DNA of 64,000 nt from Methylococcaceae bacterium UBA2778 (GTDB taxonomy: Bacteria > Pseudomonadota > Gammaproteobacteria > Methylococcales > UBA2778). How positions within the stretch are numbered: position 1 is the stretch's first letter; every line of letters begins with the position of its first letter. The notes under the pieces were generated by a model. It had not been told where the DNA came from. It did no database searches and saw only the letters and a program-made list of their open reading frames with translations. Shown one piece after another: positions 23,001 to 31,165 of this stretch. The stretch is taken from assembly GCA_002352385.1 (NCBI GenBank), contig DEII01000052.1, forward strand, positions 5,580 through 69,579, in the 5' to 3' direction. Made by a program: the position numbers and the translations under genes.

Positions 23001-26000
23001 CTGCGGTGAACAGTTGCTCACGCGGTAAAATCGCGATCGCACCCACCAGCGCCGGTCGCGACCAGTTCTCACGCTTGCGCACATAGTCCACGCTAGAGGC
23101 CAGCCATACCTTACCGGCCGCAACAATATTCAGATCGACATCAATACTTAGCAACAGCGAAGCGACATAGGCGTTAGTTCCACTGTTACCACCTGGATTG
23201 GAAGCAATGATGGTCGTGCCCACGATTGACAGGTAAAAACCGTTGCGTTCGACAAACTGCCAACCGCTGATGCGAGACGGGTCGATACTGTCGATGTTGG
23301 CCAACAGCTTCTCGGCATTCGGCCGCTCGTCGATCCCAGTCAGACGGTTATTGATGCCAATGCCCGCACCAAAGTTCTTGGCGACCACGCCCGAAAAGAG
23401 CGTCACCTCATAGTCCATTGATCCGTAAAACGTGATGTTTGGCACAATCTGTCCATTCAGCTTCCTGCCCGTGCCGATCTTGAGTACGGTCTTCGCTTCC
23501 GGCATCCCCTCAATGGCGAGAGTCCCGGCTGCTGCAAAATAGGTTTCACGATCATTGTCGACCCAGGCGACCGCACCACGGAACCGGACGCTATCGTCAA
23601 TGGTCACATCGATGCCGATTCGGTCAGGATTGCGCATCTTGATCTGACCACCACCCGAAAATTCCAGGTAGACGCCACCCACTTCAATCGCCACCTGAAG
23701 CGTTCCGGGGTCGAGGTAAGCAAACTCGGCTTCGTCACATTCAAGGTAAAACGTTTTGCCCCAGCCAAAGCGCAGTTTTTTCAGACTAACGGCAAACATC
23801 CCGTCCAGACAGCTGAAATTGACTGCATCGGGCAGTGGCAAAGTAATCTCGCCAAATCCTTCGTGAATCCGAATCAAATCAAGATCACGAACTTTAATGA
23901 CATCAGGATCGCGCAGATCATCAAGTCCGCCGGTTTTACTGATTTCGTTGGCGAGCATAAACGAAGCATCGACGGGAACCGATAGATCCCATTCATCGTT
24001 GTCCAGATTCCATTCCAGCCGTGCACGCATATCATCGATCTGAATTTGCAGATACCCGGCCGAGAAATTCGCCAACGGCTTGCCATTAGTGGTATCAAGA
24101 TCCACCTCCGCATGAACCACAGGCGGCTGCCCCCGCTTATCCTGGCGCATGCCGATTTCAACCTTAGCCAGCAGATCATCGACACCCGGCACCTCAAACT
24201 CTCCATACAAAACCGCTTTGCGGATGATATTATCGATGATAACAATTTCACTGGCTTTGCCGTTGCGTTCCGCCAGTGGAGTGATACCCAGTGCGCGACG
24301 ATTTTCTCCCTGCTTTAACACGTTTGGGCTGTGTGCGGTCATTACTTTGGCGTAAAGACTGAGACCTTCGGAGCCGATGCGAAGAAAGACGGATCGCTGA
24401 ACCTTTGATGTCTTTGGCCAAACGTCTGGGAAGAATTCGTGAAACTCAAACAACAGTCGCTGCGAAAGGTCTTTGTTTCCAAGATTGCCTGGGATAACTA
24501 CGAGTGGCTTCTCTACCGCTTCATCGACTGGCGCAAAGACCACGAATTCTCGATCAGCGAAGTCGATGTAGCCGTCTACGCTCCGTGAGGAAAAGTATTC
24601 CGCAGCCGGACGTACGGGAAAGATAATTGCGAAAGCAAATAAATCCAGAATGGGTGTGGATTCACAGTTTAGCGCAGCCGGTAGTCGCCAGTACAATCTG
24701 TTCGTTGATAATCGGAACGTCTTGGGATCGATTGATAAATCTAAACAAAATTCAAGACTCATGTCACCTGCATTCAAATCGAGCAGAACCGGGAGTACAA
24801 TCGCCCCACTTTCAAGCCGGCATGGAATCTTTGACCTATCGTCCTCGACCAATGAGCCCGTCATGGAACTTACAGCAAAACTGACACCTAGCGCCTCGCC
24901 AACAAGGTCTGCCAAACTCCATTCAAGACCGCCTAATTTCAAACTATTCTGTTGGATTGCCTTTGCGGAAATTGGCCAATAGAATATTTCTACTGCCTCC
25001 CAAAGATCGTTTGAAAGCCGCCATCCTTCCTCCTTATCTAATGATAATATGGATTTTTTCTGACGGTTGAATTCAGGCCCAACAGTAACCGCAAATTCAA
25101 AGCCAAACCTCAACCGCTCGGCACCTTTCAACAATGGAACAATCAGAGATAACGAAACAGGGGAGGTAGAAGTTGGAGCCATGACCAACTCAAATGTGGC
25201 GTTGAGCTTAATTTCCTCAACTTCCGCCACATCTTCTTCCTTGAGGCAGCCAGCTACTGATGTTTTGCTGTGTCTGATGACCAATACGTCAGAAATGACT
25301 TCAATATCGGCAACGGAACCTAGTGAAAGGTTGACCTTTGGTTTTGATATTTCCAGAACCACTTCACCTGATGTTCCATCAATTGCATACACAGAATTGC
25401 TTAAACGACCATCTTCGGAACCCTGAATAATGATGTCGTCAAGCTTCACTTGGCAACCGGACCACGGATCGGTTGCAGGAAGGTTTTGATCCAGGGATTC
25501 AAGTGAAAGAACCAGTCCCGCCGCGTTACCCTCGGGGTGGAACTTCGCCTGTAAAGGAATAGTAAAGAAAACCTCAGGGCTTTTGTTCTCCTCTCCCCAA
25601 TTGAAAATCCAGCCGTCAGACACACCGTTGTCCTTAGCTAAGTCGATTTCGAAGAAGTTTACTTCAGCACCGTCATTAAGCCGTGTGACATCCAAATCGC
25701 TCTTAACAACCGTGCCTATTGTTGTATCGCCGGTTACCGGATCATTTTCGAACTTCAGATACGTGGACCGTTTGTGCGTATCGGGATCCGAGGATCGATC
25801 TGTCAACTCAGCAAAAGGGCTGTTTGATTCAGCAGTAAAAAAAGACCATGAAGCTAACGGAGTAGCTTCATTCGACTTGACAAAACCAATCCGTGATAAA
25901 AGGTCGACGAGCATTCCATTATCGTCAGACACCAACAACGCAAATCGATAGATTGTCGTTCCACTTGAATCTATCTCCATTTGAAGGAATGGAAAAACTC

Positions 26001-26055
26001 TCGACTTGTCCGGTGCAACTGGGATCGTTCTGATATTTAGCCTGATGAATTCCAC
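17074..26055 (-). CDS. giant protein (2,993 aa), no recognisable domain; function unknown
   Basis: An uninterrupted 9-kb ORF with a GTG start at 26055, 15 nt after the upstream stop. The composition looks beta-rich. I saw no signal peptide, TM segment, P-loop, RHS/YD repeats or adhesin-type tandem repeats. Confidence 0.85.
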   Translation of the reverse strand: MEFIRLNIRTIPVAPDKSRVFPFLQMEIDSSGTTIYRFALLVSDDNGMLVDLLSRIGFVKSNEATPLASWSFFTAESNSPFAELTDRSSDPDTHKRSTYLKFENDPVTGDTTIGTVVKSDLDVTRLNDGAEVNFFEIDLAKDNGVSDGWIFNWGEENKSPEVFFTIPLQAKFHPEGNAAGLVLSLESLDQNLPATDPWSGCQVKLDDIIIQGSEDGRLSNSVYAIDGTSGEVVLEISKPKVNLSLGSVADIEVISDVLVIRHSKTSVAGCLKEEDVAEVEEIKLNATFELVMAPTSTSPVSLSLIVPLLKGAERLRFGFEFAVTVGPEFNRQKKSILSLDKEEGWRLSNDLWEAVEIFYWPISAKAIQQNSLKLGGLEWSLADLVGEALGVSFAVSSMTGSLVEDDRSKIPCRLESGAIVLPVLLDLNAGDMSLEFCLDLSIDPKTFRLSTNRLYWRLPAALNCESTPILDLFAFAIIFPVRPAAEYFSSRSVDGYIDFADREFVVFAPVDEAVEKPLVVIPGNLGNKDLSQRLLFEFHEFFPDVWPKTSKVQRSVFLRIGSEGLSLYAKVMTAHSPNVLKQGENRRALGITPLAERNGKASEIVIIDNIIRKAVLYGEFEVPGVDDLLAKVEIGMRQDKRGQPPVVHAEVDLDTTNGKPLANFSAGYLQIQIDDMRARLEWNLDNDEWDLSVPVDASFMLANEISKTGGLDDLRDPDVIKVRDLDLIRIHEGFGEITLPLPDAVNFSCLDGMFAVSLKKLRFGWGKTFYLECDEAEFAYLDPGTLQVAIEVGGVYLEFSGGGQIKMRNPDRIGIDVTIDDSVRFRGAVAWVDNDRETYFAAAGTLAIEGMPEAKTVLKIGTGRKLNGQIVPNITFYGSMDYEVTLFSGVVAKNFGAGIGINNRLTGIDERPNAEKLLANIDSIDPSRISGWQFVERNGFYLSIVGTTIIASNPGGNSGTNAYVASLLLSIDVDLNIVAAGKVWLASSVDYVRKRENWSRPALVGAIAILPREQLFTAAIESRQNPAIESSEQLSKILNKGHTKLSFLLSPDLVDFFLQDVSYSESFLGVDMLYRGSFRLAVFSGTVLVRASQLITGTFSERLEAGPGGFSCRGDIAVGVEFGGLLSRDGLAAYGMIAIQVLLDVDAWITIGFSITIGWGRWKKRLSFKKTFRLDSTRLEIGLCGAVAFNERGEFGFAGELSISISVCGYRLSVSPSLKIREEVIVGVRRRVALFEHKIETYRQKLLTGEGDATALVSMADSEPPETWLHYQIGEWHLLVPQADATWFTPHATEPEPEKPIPFSGHVVSIKVNDSITLRMPWDQDSWSDPNSDGTGSQPVSRAIKDALEEIEATMAETTVAGKEPISRSLSEYVIITDPRIESPNREFWLEIDQALLPDHALPVRMKSADQILHSGEAPQDFNSTYGRLVNFLFWSQRAIIERRHSGNDLLPEEDLEQRRAAVLFEIVRAFHTAAKTDENASEPSAWVATEQNGRRGLIFKQDGLTFDNDGQGRSTMTVVRGAQAGETGSSEEPVTVTVLDVNTLLSKAHQSVRLYSPRQEYVVDVEASDKSGEEGRVVVRLPIGYDDTFFHDYLPLFSHFEVWRRIRGQGKPVRVGSYQLPSLTYLNNNPGEKPVVVVDPYIFADEFRVRGKLGERLFDLGVIADRTLIDYAIRFVPIDDQSNDEMAGLSPWQPVKLHVPAPDTFPIDLSMVFDVGSLLQPNDPATSDNTWTHFQLASMGDERVTLALTDEWERKNKTEAHQPRDFQIWVEERLIVDSGFYAGSADEARRSLVGGAEPNLGALSADQPVLSLSDKFQIEVEPVAGEPGTWVFSNTQPFKRDGYAYRFYIRPIYQGESGDEGDEAEGTLRSLTLAISKNIPSVANKTEPKFKDMSDAQLDAFVSAPETHFWYENRKGLNPAAPGLRTVRQIEWIDQAEVDLLNDLCFSDSNETPIDSIVPVSVSARSLERDYPAAKRRRRVGISWNHSGRTHGGVEIQIRDRDDAAVAARFVCQMREYTAYQHSIRDFSNDSAWRLTRRENVQRLTPPESTPPGVPVRDAVSDSDFEKCLVNQTLFLDNGNPLIQLFTLHKVELTSAIESGADWDSAAIAASGMMAAIGEFEKSPLNLNDKPLQTVISQIEALVCYLFLGLEAEGVKDLDELTTERIESINSALRNTLLDIDDLNPESADFEDSEDGAINARKAFLDADYARKLTSIIRRRWIIGEDVLATVGEGLPLSAVERDQDRNWLPRGAVFEFIRNKQAEADKEFGVGGSLPNVTKLLKWFPETTEKPKWASDRLKEAVDELQSLITYESEDNGRRKAAASVVAKAAGLTIGLQRLERQFETDGWRLERRPHHRVTVAENNIGAKAPELIEMKVLLPDSHRSLDDVGGSTPTGSSSEPHLVAYFNLLERMGFALDLGGTDETGEPLPQADLVDAIRRANLEVLFEQKQNTIDPHYVYLVTPREPDSEYRGQFPDPSPDSNQDNAYFYAGFSFVKLIIVPKLFHDLLISHHPLLNPEQESVYDKLKDWFEIRGVILESNEANAKRQVELFARVAYFASWQRAEDKTKPVAVGQLLQLRMMPLELHYRTVPHVNGFAHIDWETPDRRGHRFEVSARSMSRYEPLIRWARDLPRPEVTHAGAELDARRIITRDDGVDLPIPLPISNFPHPELLRFSYTLPPAGIRSLLNRISAIRTGYRGCQLTFQYSLVDHDEPDKRWEKIVQKIMVEATTETVVDSSPVIVPTPRSSTAEVRLFRHERLITLEEIPYFYAVQLSVNGQFEGDLEGAPPQHDPMTDSEPARRMPAVIAYRPPVVRTPEEGKYAIEVVLTRLGEMASPAELAGGVPLLSPRTFKGGTKSPLPDDVLPMPALGYHFYYRVADDSDNAEANSDSIYRSVVDLLMPWQEGYQTDDAKGAKPYVRSFDSAVEIIDPYPEIELRTVTGTDPEELVPVVTVTFKTKEDKLFDDASRRYIQVSCYGKLTAATLLRESS

Positions 26056-26070
26056 AGTAATCTCGCTTAG

Positions 26071-27555
26071 TTAAATTACTAATTTTTTCAAATCGGATAC
26101 AAAGTCCTTAAGGTTTTCACCTGGACATTTCTTTTTGGTCTCGTGCTTCTTGTGTGTGTCAACGGTAGTAATACTCGGAAATGCTTCTTTTAGCCCCCCT
26201 ACCAACTTCTTAAGGGATTTTTCTTGATGATCAGTCAAACTATCTCCACCAAAACCAAAAAAAACATTCTCAAAGTCACCAATCACACAAATGCCTACTT
26301 TTTCTTTTTCTAGTGCCTTATCGCTGAACTGCTTCCCTCGAAAATTCAAATTCTTCCCTTCATACACATCTCCTTTTTTATTAACGATAAAGTGCCAAAA
26401 AATGTCTTCTTTATTATTTTTGATCATTTGATACTCTTCAATATCTCTCGGCGTTGCTCCGTCATACCCTTTCGATTGGTGAATCACAATCCCCTTGTAG
26501 TCTGTTTCTATTTCAATCGTTGAGCGGAGTATCCGACCAGGCAACTTACCCCAAAGACTGCGAAATATCAACGGTACGTGACCACCGATCTTTGTATAAT
26601 TATCTATATTCCTCGTGGAAAAATGTGAGTCGACAGCTTGATATGTTTCTTCAACCGTACCCGTGGGCGTGGTGCCAAAAATCTGTTTAAAAAGCTTCTT
26701 TGCGTTCTCGGGCGACCCGTATGTTGCGAGTAACTCTCGTGGTAACGACGGAATAAAGGGGGCTTCTAATGTAACCCCTGTTGGTGTATGCCCTAACTGA
26801 AGAGTCGTATCCGGCTCCCCGCTCATATCTGGAAAATTTGATGAATTTATGGTCGTGAAATCAGCCTTACCTCGGCGACCGGACACATGAACCTGAAAAA
26901 CGTCGCGCCAAATTTCAGCGATACTTCTTTCTCCCGCAGGATTTGAGCGAGAATTGCACGTAATTATCCGATGAGCGGTATCATTAAAACGCGTAGTTGG
27001 AACAATCGTATTGATGAACTTGTCAGCAAGATCAAAATTGTCCTCTATGTCTTTTGCTTCGATTATTTCGGACTTCTCGGGAGGACCAATTACTCGGTTG
27101 GGTGGGCGTCCGAGTCTCAGCCAAAGTTGCCCAGGCACACCGTGTCCGTACATCCAAAATCTCGATATTTTTCCTGGAATCGCGCGGAGTTGATCCCATA
27201 ATTCTACTTTATCATCAAACCATTCGAGCTCCCATCCTCTTGCCTTATGCCGTCTCTCAAGGTGATCAACATATGACGATGCTCCTTTGCTACGTACAAA
27301 TTGAACGTCTTCTTCTTGCCCAGTTCCGGGAGCCGCCTTAAGGTCATCTTCCCAGCGTAAGATATACGCTGGCCTGTATATCAACGCCCAAATCTTTTCG
27401 TCCCCTCCTAATGGTGGTGGAGAAGGAGTCCCAGTGCTATCCATACGAAATACCGGGGCACTTACAAAAGCACCCCACCCCACGTCATGCTTAAGGTCTG
27501 CCGCATGGAATAACCCAGGGCCACCAGAACAAATCACAAAGTATTTTGTAGCCAT
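26071..27555 (-). CDS. 494-aa protein: unknown N-terminal region of about 330 aa plus a C-terminal PGRP/amidase_2 (N-acetylmuramoyl-L-alanine amidase) domain
   Basis: The C-terminus reads GIVIHQS...IFWHFIVNKKGDVYEG...VGICVIGDF...LTDHQEKSLKKLV...THKKHETKKKCPG. This matches the amidase_2 layout, with the His, His and Cys zinc ligands and the Lys before CPG retained (T7-lysozyme numbering recalled). AAGGAG lies 13 nt upstream of the ATG. No signal peptide. Confidence 0.7.
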   Translation of the reverse strand: MATKYFVICSGGPGLFHAADLKHDVGWGAFVSAPVFRMDSTGTPSPPPLGGDEKIWALIYRPAYILRWEDDLKAAPGTGQEEDVQFVRSKGASSYVDHLERRHKARGWELEWFDDKVELWDQLRAIPGKISRFWMYGHGVPGQLWLRLGRPPNRVIGPPEKSEIIEAKDIEDNFDLADKFINTIVPTTRFNDTAHRIITCNSRSNPAGERSIAEIWRDVFQVHVSGRRGKADFTTINSSNFPDMSGEPDTTLQLGHTPTGVTLEAPFIPSLPRELLATYGSPENAKKLFKQIFGTTPTGTVEETYQAVDSHFSTRNIDNYTKIGGHVPLIFRSLWGKLPGRILRSTIEIETDYKGIVIHQSKGYDGATPRDIEEYQMIKNNKEDIFWHFIVNKKGDVYEGKNLNFRGKQFSDKALEKEKVGICVIGDFENVFFGFGGDSLTDHQEKSLKKLVGGLKEAFPSITTVDTHKKHETKKKCPGENLKDFVSDLKKLVI

Positions 27556-27612
27556 GGTTCATTTCATCTCCTTTCGATTGTAACAATCACTTCTGAATTA
27601 ATGATATATGAA

Positions 27613-28788
27613 TTACCTTTTTGTCTTTTGTAGGGGATCATTTTCATTACCCCGCCCCAATACATCGCCACCAAAAACTACCGACGAGTGACTGCCATGT
27701 CGCAAATGAACAAGTTCTTCGTAATCAAATCGAAAATCAAATTCACACCAAAAGCTTCCTTGCCCATTTCGCTCATCGTAGTTTGCTGCCGTATTCATCC
27801 AAGAAAGTGCATTAGGCCGATCCTTCTCCCATGAATGTTGGAGATTGAAAGCATGACCGATCTCGTGAATGAACGTATGCAGATATTTTCGGGACGCTTC
27901 AGTTTGTTGCATTCCGGGCTCGTCTGGCTTTAATCCATCAAACGAGTCATGCTCTCGAAACACCGCAAACCCACGGCGCTCCGGAAGGTTACTGCCTAAT
28001 TCGGCGCGGTTAAACATGATTCCGGCAACATTCGGTTTTTGAAAGCGACCGGCGATGAGTCCCCAAAGCTTCCATTGCGGTGATCCCGATAACTCGGAGA
28101 AATGATCTTCCATGGTTTGATGCAACTCGCCAGGCGTCCACGCACGAGCTTCGTCTTCGATTAGCTTCTGCTGCGTATTGATGGTGACATTGATCCCCGC
28201 ATCAGCGTAGACACTTTCGATGGTCAATGTCCTTTGCGGTGTGTCGTATCTCGGCAGCACCGGCTCAAGGTTGACGGGTGCACAAACATCGATCTGCAAC
28301 GCCACATCACGAAAATAGTGGGACTGCCACTCGCACTGATAGGTGCTGACCGTTGCTCCATCATCCAGTGTCACTTGGGCTAGTGACAGCCTTGGTTCAT
28401 TTCGCGGAATGCGAATCCACACCTGCGTCTCAGAATGAGCAGTGTTCCATTTGATCGCGGCACCCTGGATCTCTACGCCCAATTCATTCGTTTTTACATC
28501 GGGCGATTGCAATATCCACGAGCCACGGTCGACACGCCAGCGACAAGAGCGGTTGGCAATGACATCCTCAAAGAGCTGCGTCAGATCCCAACTGATGCAA
28601 TGGCAGACGATTGAATTTTCGTGCAGCGGGTCGACGTCGATGCGCAGATCCATCTCGAAACAGCCATGAATGGGTGAAGTTATCCGTCCAGCGTAACGAC
28701 CGCTGATCGGCAACACGGGAGCCAAAGAGGGTAATGAAAACGATTCGCATTCATGCGGTACGTGGTCCTTAATATCACTGTTTTGCAC
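27613..28788 (-). CDS. 391-aa metzincin-like zinc metallopeptidase homologue
   Basis: The motif HEIGHAFNLQH fits HExxHxxxxxH, with the third His at the metzincin position and Asn in place of the usual Gly. GTG start. No signal peptide. The first roughly 300 aa are unassigned. Confidence 0.65.
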   Translation of the reverse strand: MQNSDIKDHVPHECESFSLPSLAPVLPISGRYAGRITSPIHGCFEMDLRIDVDPLHENSIVCHCISWDLTQLFEDVIANRSCRWRVDRGSWILQSPDVKTNELGVEIQGAAIKWNTAHSETQVWIRIPRNEPRLSLAQVTLDDGATVSTYQCEWQSHYFRDVALQIDVCAPVNLEPVLPRYDTPQRTLTIESVYADAGINVTINTQQKLIEDEARAWTPGELHQTMEDHFSELSGSPQWKLWGLIAGRFQKPNVAGIMFNRAELGSNLPERRGFAVFREHDSFDGLKPDEPGMQQTEASRKYLHTFIHEIGHAFNLQHSWEKDRPNALSWMNTAANYDERNGQGSFWCEFDFRFDYEELVHLRHGSHSSVVFGGDVLGRGNENDPLQKTKR

Positions 28789-28862
28789 AGTCCCACACCT
28801 TCTTTATCGCGGATCAGACTAGACTGCCTTTCCGCCCTTTGTTCCAATAATCGGAGAGAAAG

Positions 28863-29097
28863 CAAAATACTTCGTGATTACCAAGGAACCTCCGCCAAAA
28901 GTTGAGGCATTCTGACCGTTAACACCTTGTTTTTCCGTAACAGCGAGCTGAGGATGCGTAAATTTGGGCTGTTATACGTCCATTTAGCGCGAGCCATCTA
29001 GGGTGATGCTCCATTTGCCGGAAAAAACGCTAGATTACTCAAGATGTTGCAAAATGACGGATTGGCGGAGTTTCCTTGGTAATCACGAAATACTTTG
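28863..29097. mobile_element. MITE-like non-autonomous element (about 235 bp) with 34-bp terminal inverted repeats
   Basis: CAAAATACTTCGTGATTACCAAGGAACCTCCGCC (28863-28896) matches the reverse complement of 29064-29097 (CAAAGTATTTCGTGATTACCAAGGAAACTCCGCC) at 31 of 34 positions. There is no coding capacity between the repeats. Confidence 0.65.
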
Positions 29098-29590
29098 GTC
29101 AGATTAGATCACACCGTCTGGAAAGAGTCAATTCCCTGCATTCATTTGCAGCGATTCGAAATGTGGCCTATTTTCCTCAATATATTGATCAAATTGAATT
29201 TGAAACCACAGTATATTGTGGTTGGACCGCTCACATTTAGAATTACTGATTCATTTGTGTTACAAGCTTATTTATTGTCGGGTTTTGTAGAAAATAACCT
29301 GTCTGGTTTGAAATGGGGCTACTATCTGATAAGCTTATCGATGAGTGAAGCTGCACCGAGGATAGATTGACAGCAGAATAGCTGCACCCTAAATGCCTTA
29401 GTAAAATACGGGTATTGTGGAAAATCCTAGAATCAATCACTATGGACTGAACATCCATAGTATGGGTTGCGACTCAAAGCCGCTCCCAAAAAAATGCGGT
29501 GTCGCTACGCGACGTTTATTGATTCGGAAAAAAATACTAAAGCCCTTCCACTGAAAGTGCATAGCTTTTACTAGCGGCCAGAAATAAAAA

Positions 29591-30823
29591 TTAGCGTTCA
29601 TTAACGTCTATTGTCCGCATCACTTTATGATAATGGTTCTTATTTTTGGAAAACCGCATATCGCCGCCAATATATCCATCTTTTTCGAATAAAAGCTTCT
29701 CTCCATGTTGCAAAGGACCATTCAGACCTACACTCTTATTGAAAGGCGTCGTCCCCAAGAATTTTCTGGAAATTTCCACGTGAGTACTTAATCCATTTGA
29801 GGTTTTTATGTCCTCTTTCTTTTGTCGTTCGACATAAACATCCACGCCCGCCGGTTCGCTGGAAAAACTGATCTTCGTTATTAATGGTTTTAATTTTTTA
29901 TTAAAGGAGCGCTCTTCGCCAACAGGAATGCGCACCCCTTTTAGAAAAGTGACTTTATAACCTGGCTTAGTAATCTTTAAATCTAAAACGATCGATCGCT
30001 CTCCATCCGATTCGAGCCTCTCGTTTTTGTGTTTTTGCAACCACTGCTGGACATCGTTCCAATTGAAGTGTCTGATCACTGGCGTCTTACCAATATTTTC
30101 AAATCCACCGCTACTGATATCTTCAACCACTGCGCCGGGGGGGCTGGACTTCACGCGCAAGGTTGTGACGACCGGCTTTAAAACAATGTTGATTTCATTG
30201 GTGGCGCCCATTATTAGATTTAAATCCAAGCCACCCTTGATCAATCTTAAATAATCGCCAGTTGGCAGGAAACCAGTATCATCAGGCATCATCAATTTGA
30301 CGCTCCTCATCACCTGTTGCGCTTCGTCCTGCGTAGATTCCAGGTGGATAGGCGTGACAAATTGTTTCGGCCAGCCATTCGGCAAGGTATACTGGTTGTT
30401 ATTTTCTAATTTATTGTGATCTTTATCTGTCCTATTCGATCTGTACTCAACAACATTCTTGCCGTTATTACCGACAAACTCCAAATGCGTCAGCACTGGC
30501 ATCGATTTAATATCGACAAACGTGTCCAGCTTGTCTAATGCGACGCCAATAATATGGTCTTCTCCTTTTTTCAGTTCCTTTGATATCTCCCGCGTTCTAA
30601 AACCTTCTTTTTCGAAAACGATATGCTCATTTAAGACTTCCTCCCCCGACTTAAAAAAGCTCGATTCCACGGTGACTTTTTCATCGGTGATCGCGGTAAT
30701 GCCGGTTCGGTCAAATATTGCTCTGGCGCCGGGCGGATCTGATTTAACGGTGACGGTGGTTTTTGCACAGGCCGTGATAAACACGATGAAACACAGCAGA
30801 ACTAATGATTTTAAGTTATTCAT
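29591..30823 (-). CDS. lipoprotein with multiple PEGA domains
   Basis: Signal peptide plus lipobox: MNNLKSLVLLCFIVFITAC. PEGA-like units: VTVKSDPPGARAIFD, LRVKSSPPGAVVEDISSGGFENIGKTPV and ISFSSEPAGVDVYVE...LGTTPF. The gene is visibly AT-rich. Confidence 0.75.
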   Translation of the reverse strand: MNNLKSLVLLCFIVFITACAKTTVTVKSDPPGARAIFDRTGITAITDEKVTVESSFFKSGEEVLNEHIVFEKEGFRTREISKELKKGEDHIIGVALDKLDTFVDIKSMPVLTHLEFVGNNGKNVVEYRSNRTDKDHNKLENNNQYTLPNGWPKQFVTPIHLESTQDEAQQVMRSVKLMMPDDTGFLPTGDYLRLIKGGLDLNLIMGATNEINIVLKPVVTTLRVKSSPPGAVVEDISSGGFENIGKTPVIRHFNWNDVQQWLQKHKNERLESDGERSIVLDLKITKPGYKVTFLKGVRIPVGEERSFNKKLKPLITKISFSSEPAGVDVYVERQKKEDIKTSNGLSTHVEISRKFLGTTPFNKSVGLNGPLQHGEKLLFEKDGYIGGDMRFSKNKNHYHKVMRTIDVNER

Positions 30824-31165
30824 GGTTATTTCCTGGACTTGAAGCTTATAAGTTAGCGGAAATGCAAAAATACAGTCATTGTTTACATCCTACAAAAAAA
30901 AGAAACCAAATCAATCTGGTAATAAAACAATAGCGCCTCAACAAAGGCAACCATTTAGGCGTTGAAGCTCATAGGGCAATTAGCGGGAAAGTGCTTAGAG
31001 CCCTGCCGTTGCCAGCAACGCACGCCCGTTTGGGAACAGATAACACCACTCATGATTGAACACAGCCATCCTGTTGCTGTTCAGTAATAAAACATCCGAC
31101 TTCGTGTCGCAGTAACGTTGTAAATAACCGAGCTATATTGAGCGTCAGCGAAATACGCGCCCGAT

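Noticed and set aside
6119-26055. The idea that the giants are Tc-toxin (TcA/TcB/TcC), RHS, RTX-adhesin or STAND/Avs-type proteins.
   Set aside because: I saw no YD/RHS repeats, no RTX nonapeptides or Ig-like tandem repeats, no signal or T1SS-type C-terminus, and no Walker A motif anywhere in either translation.
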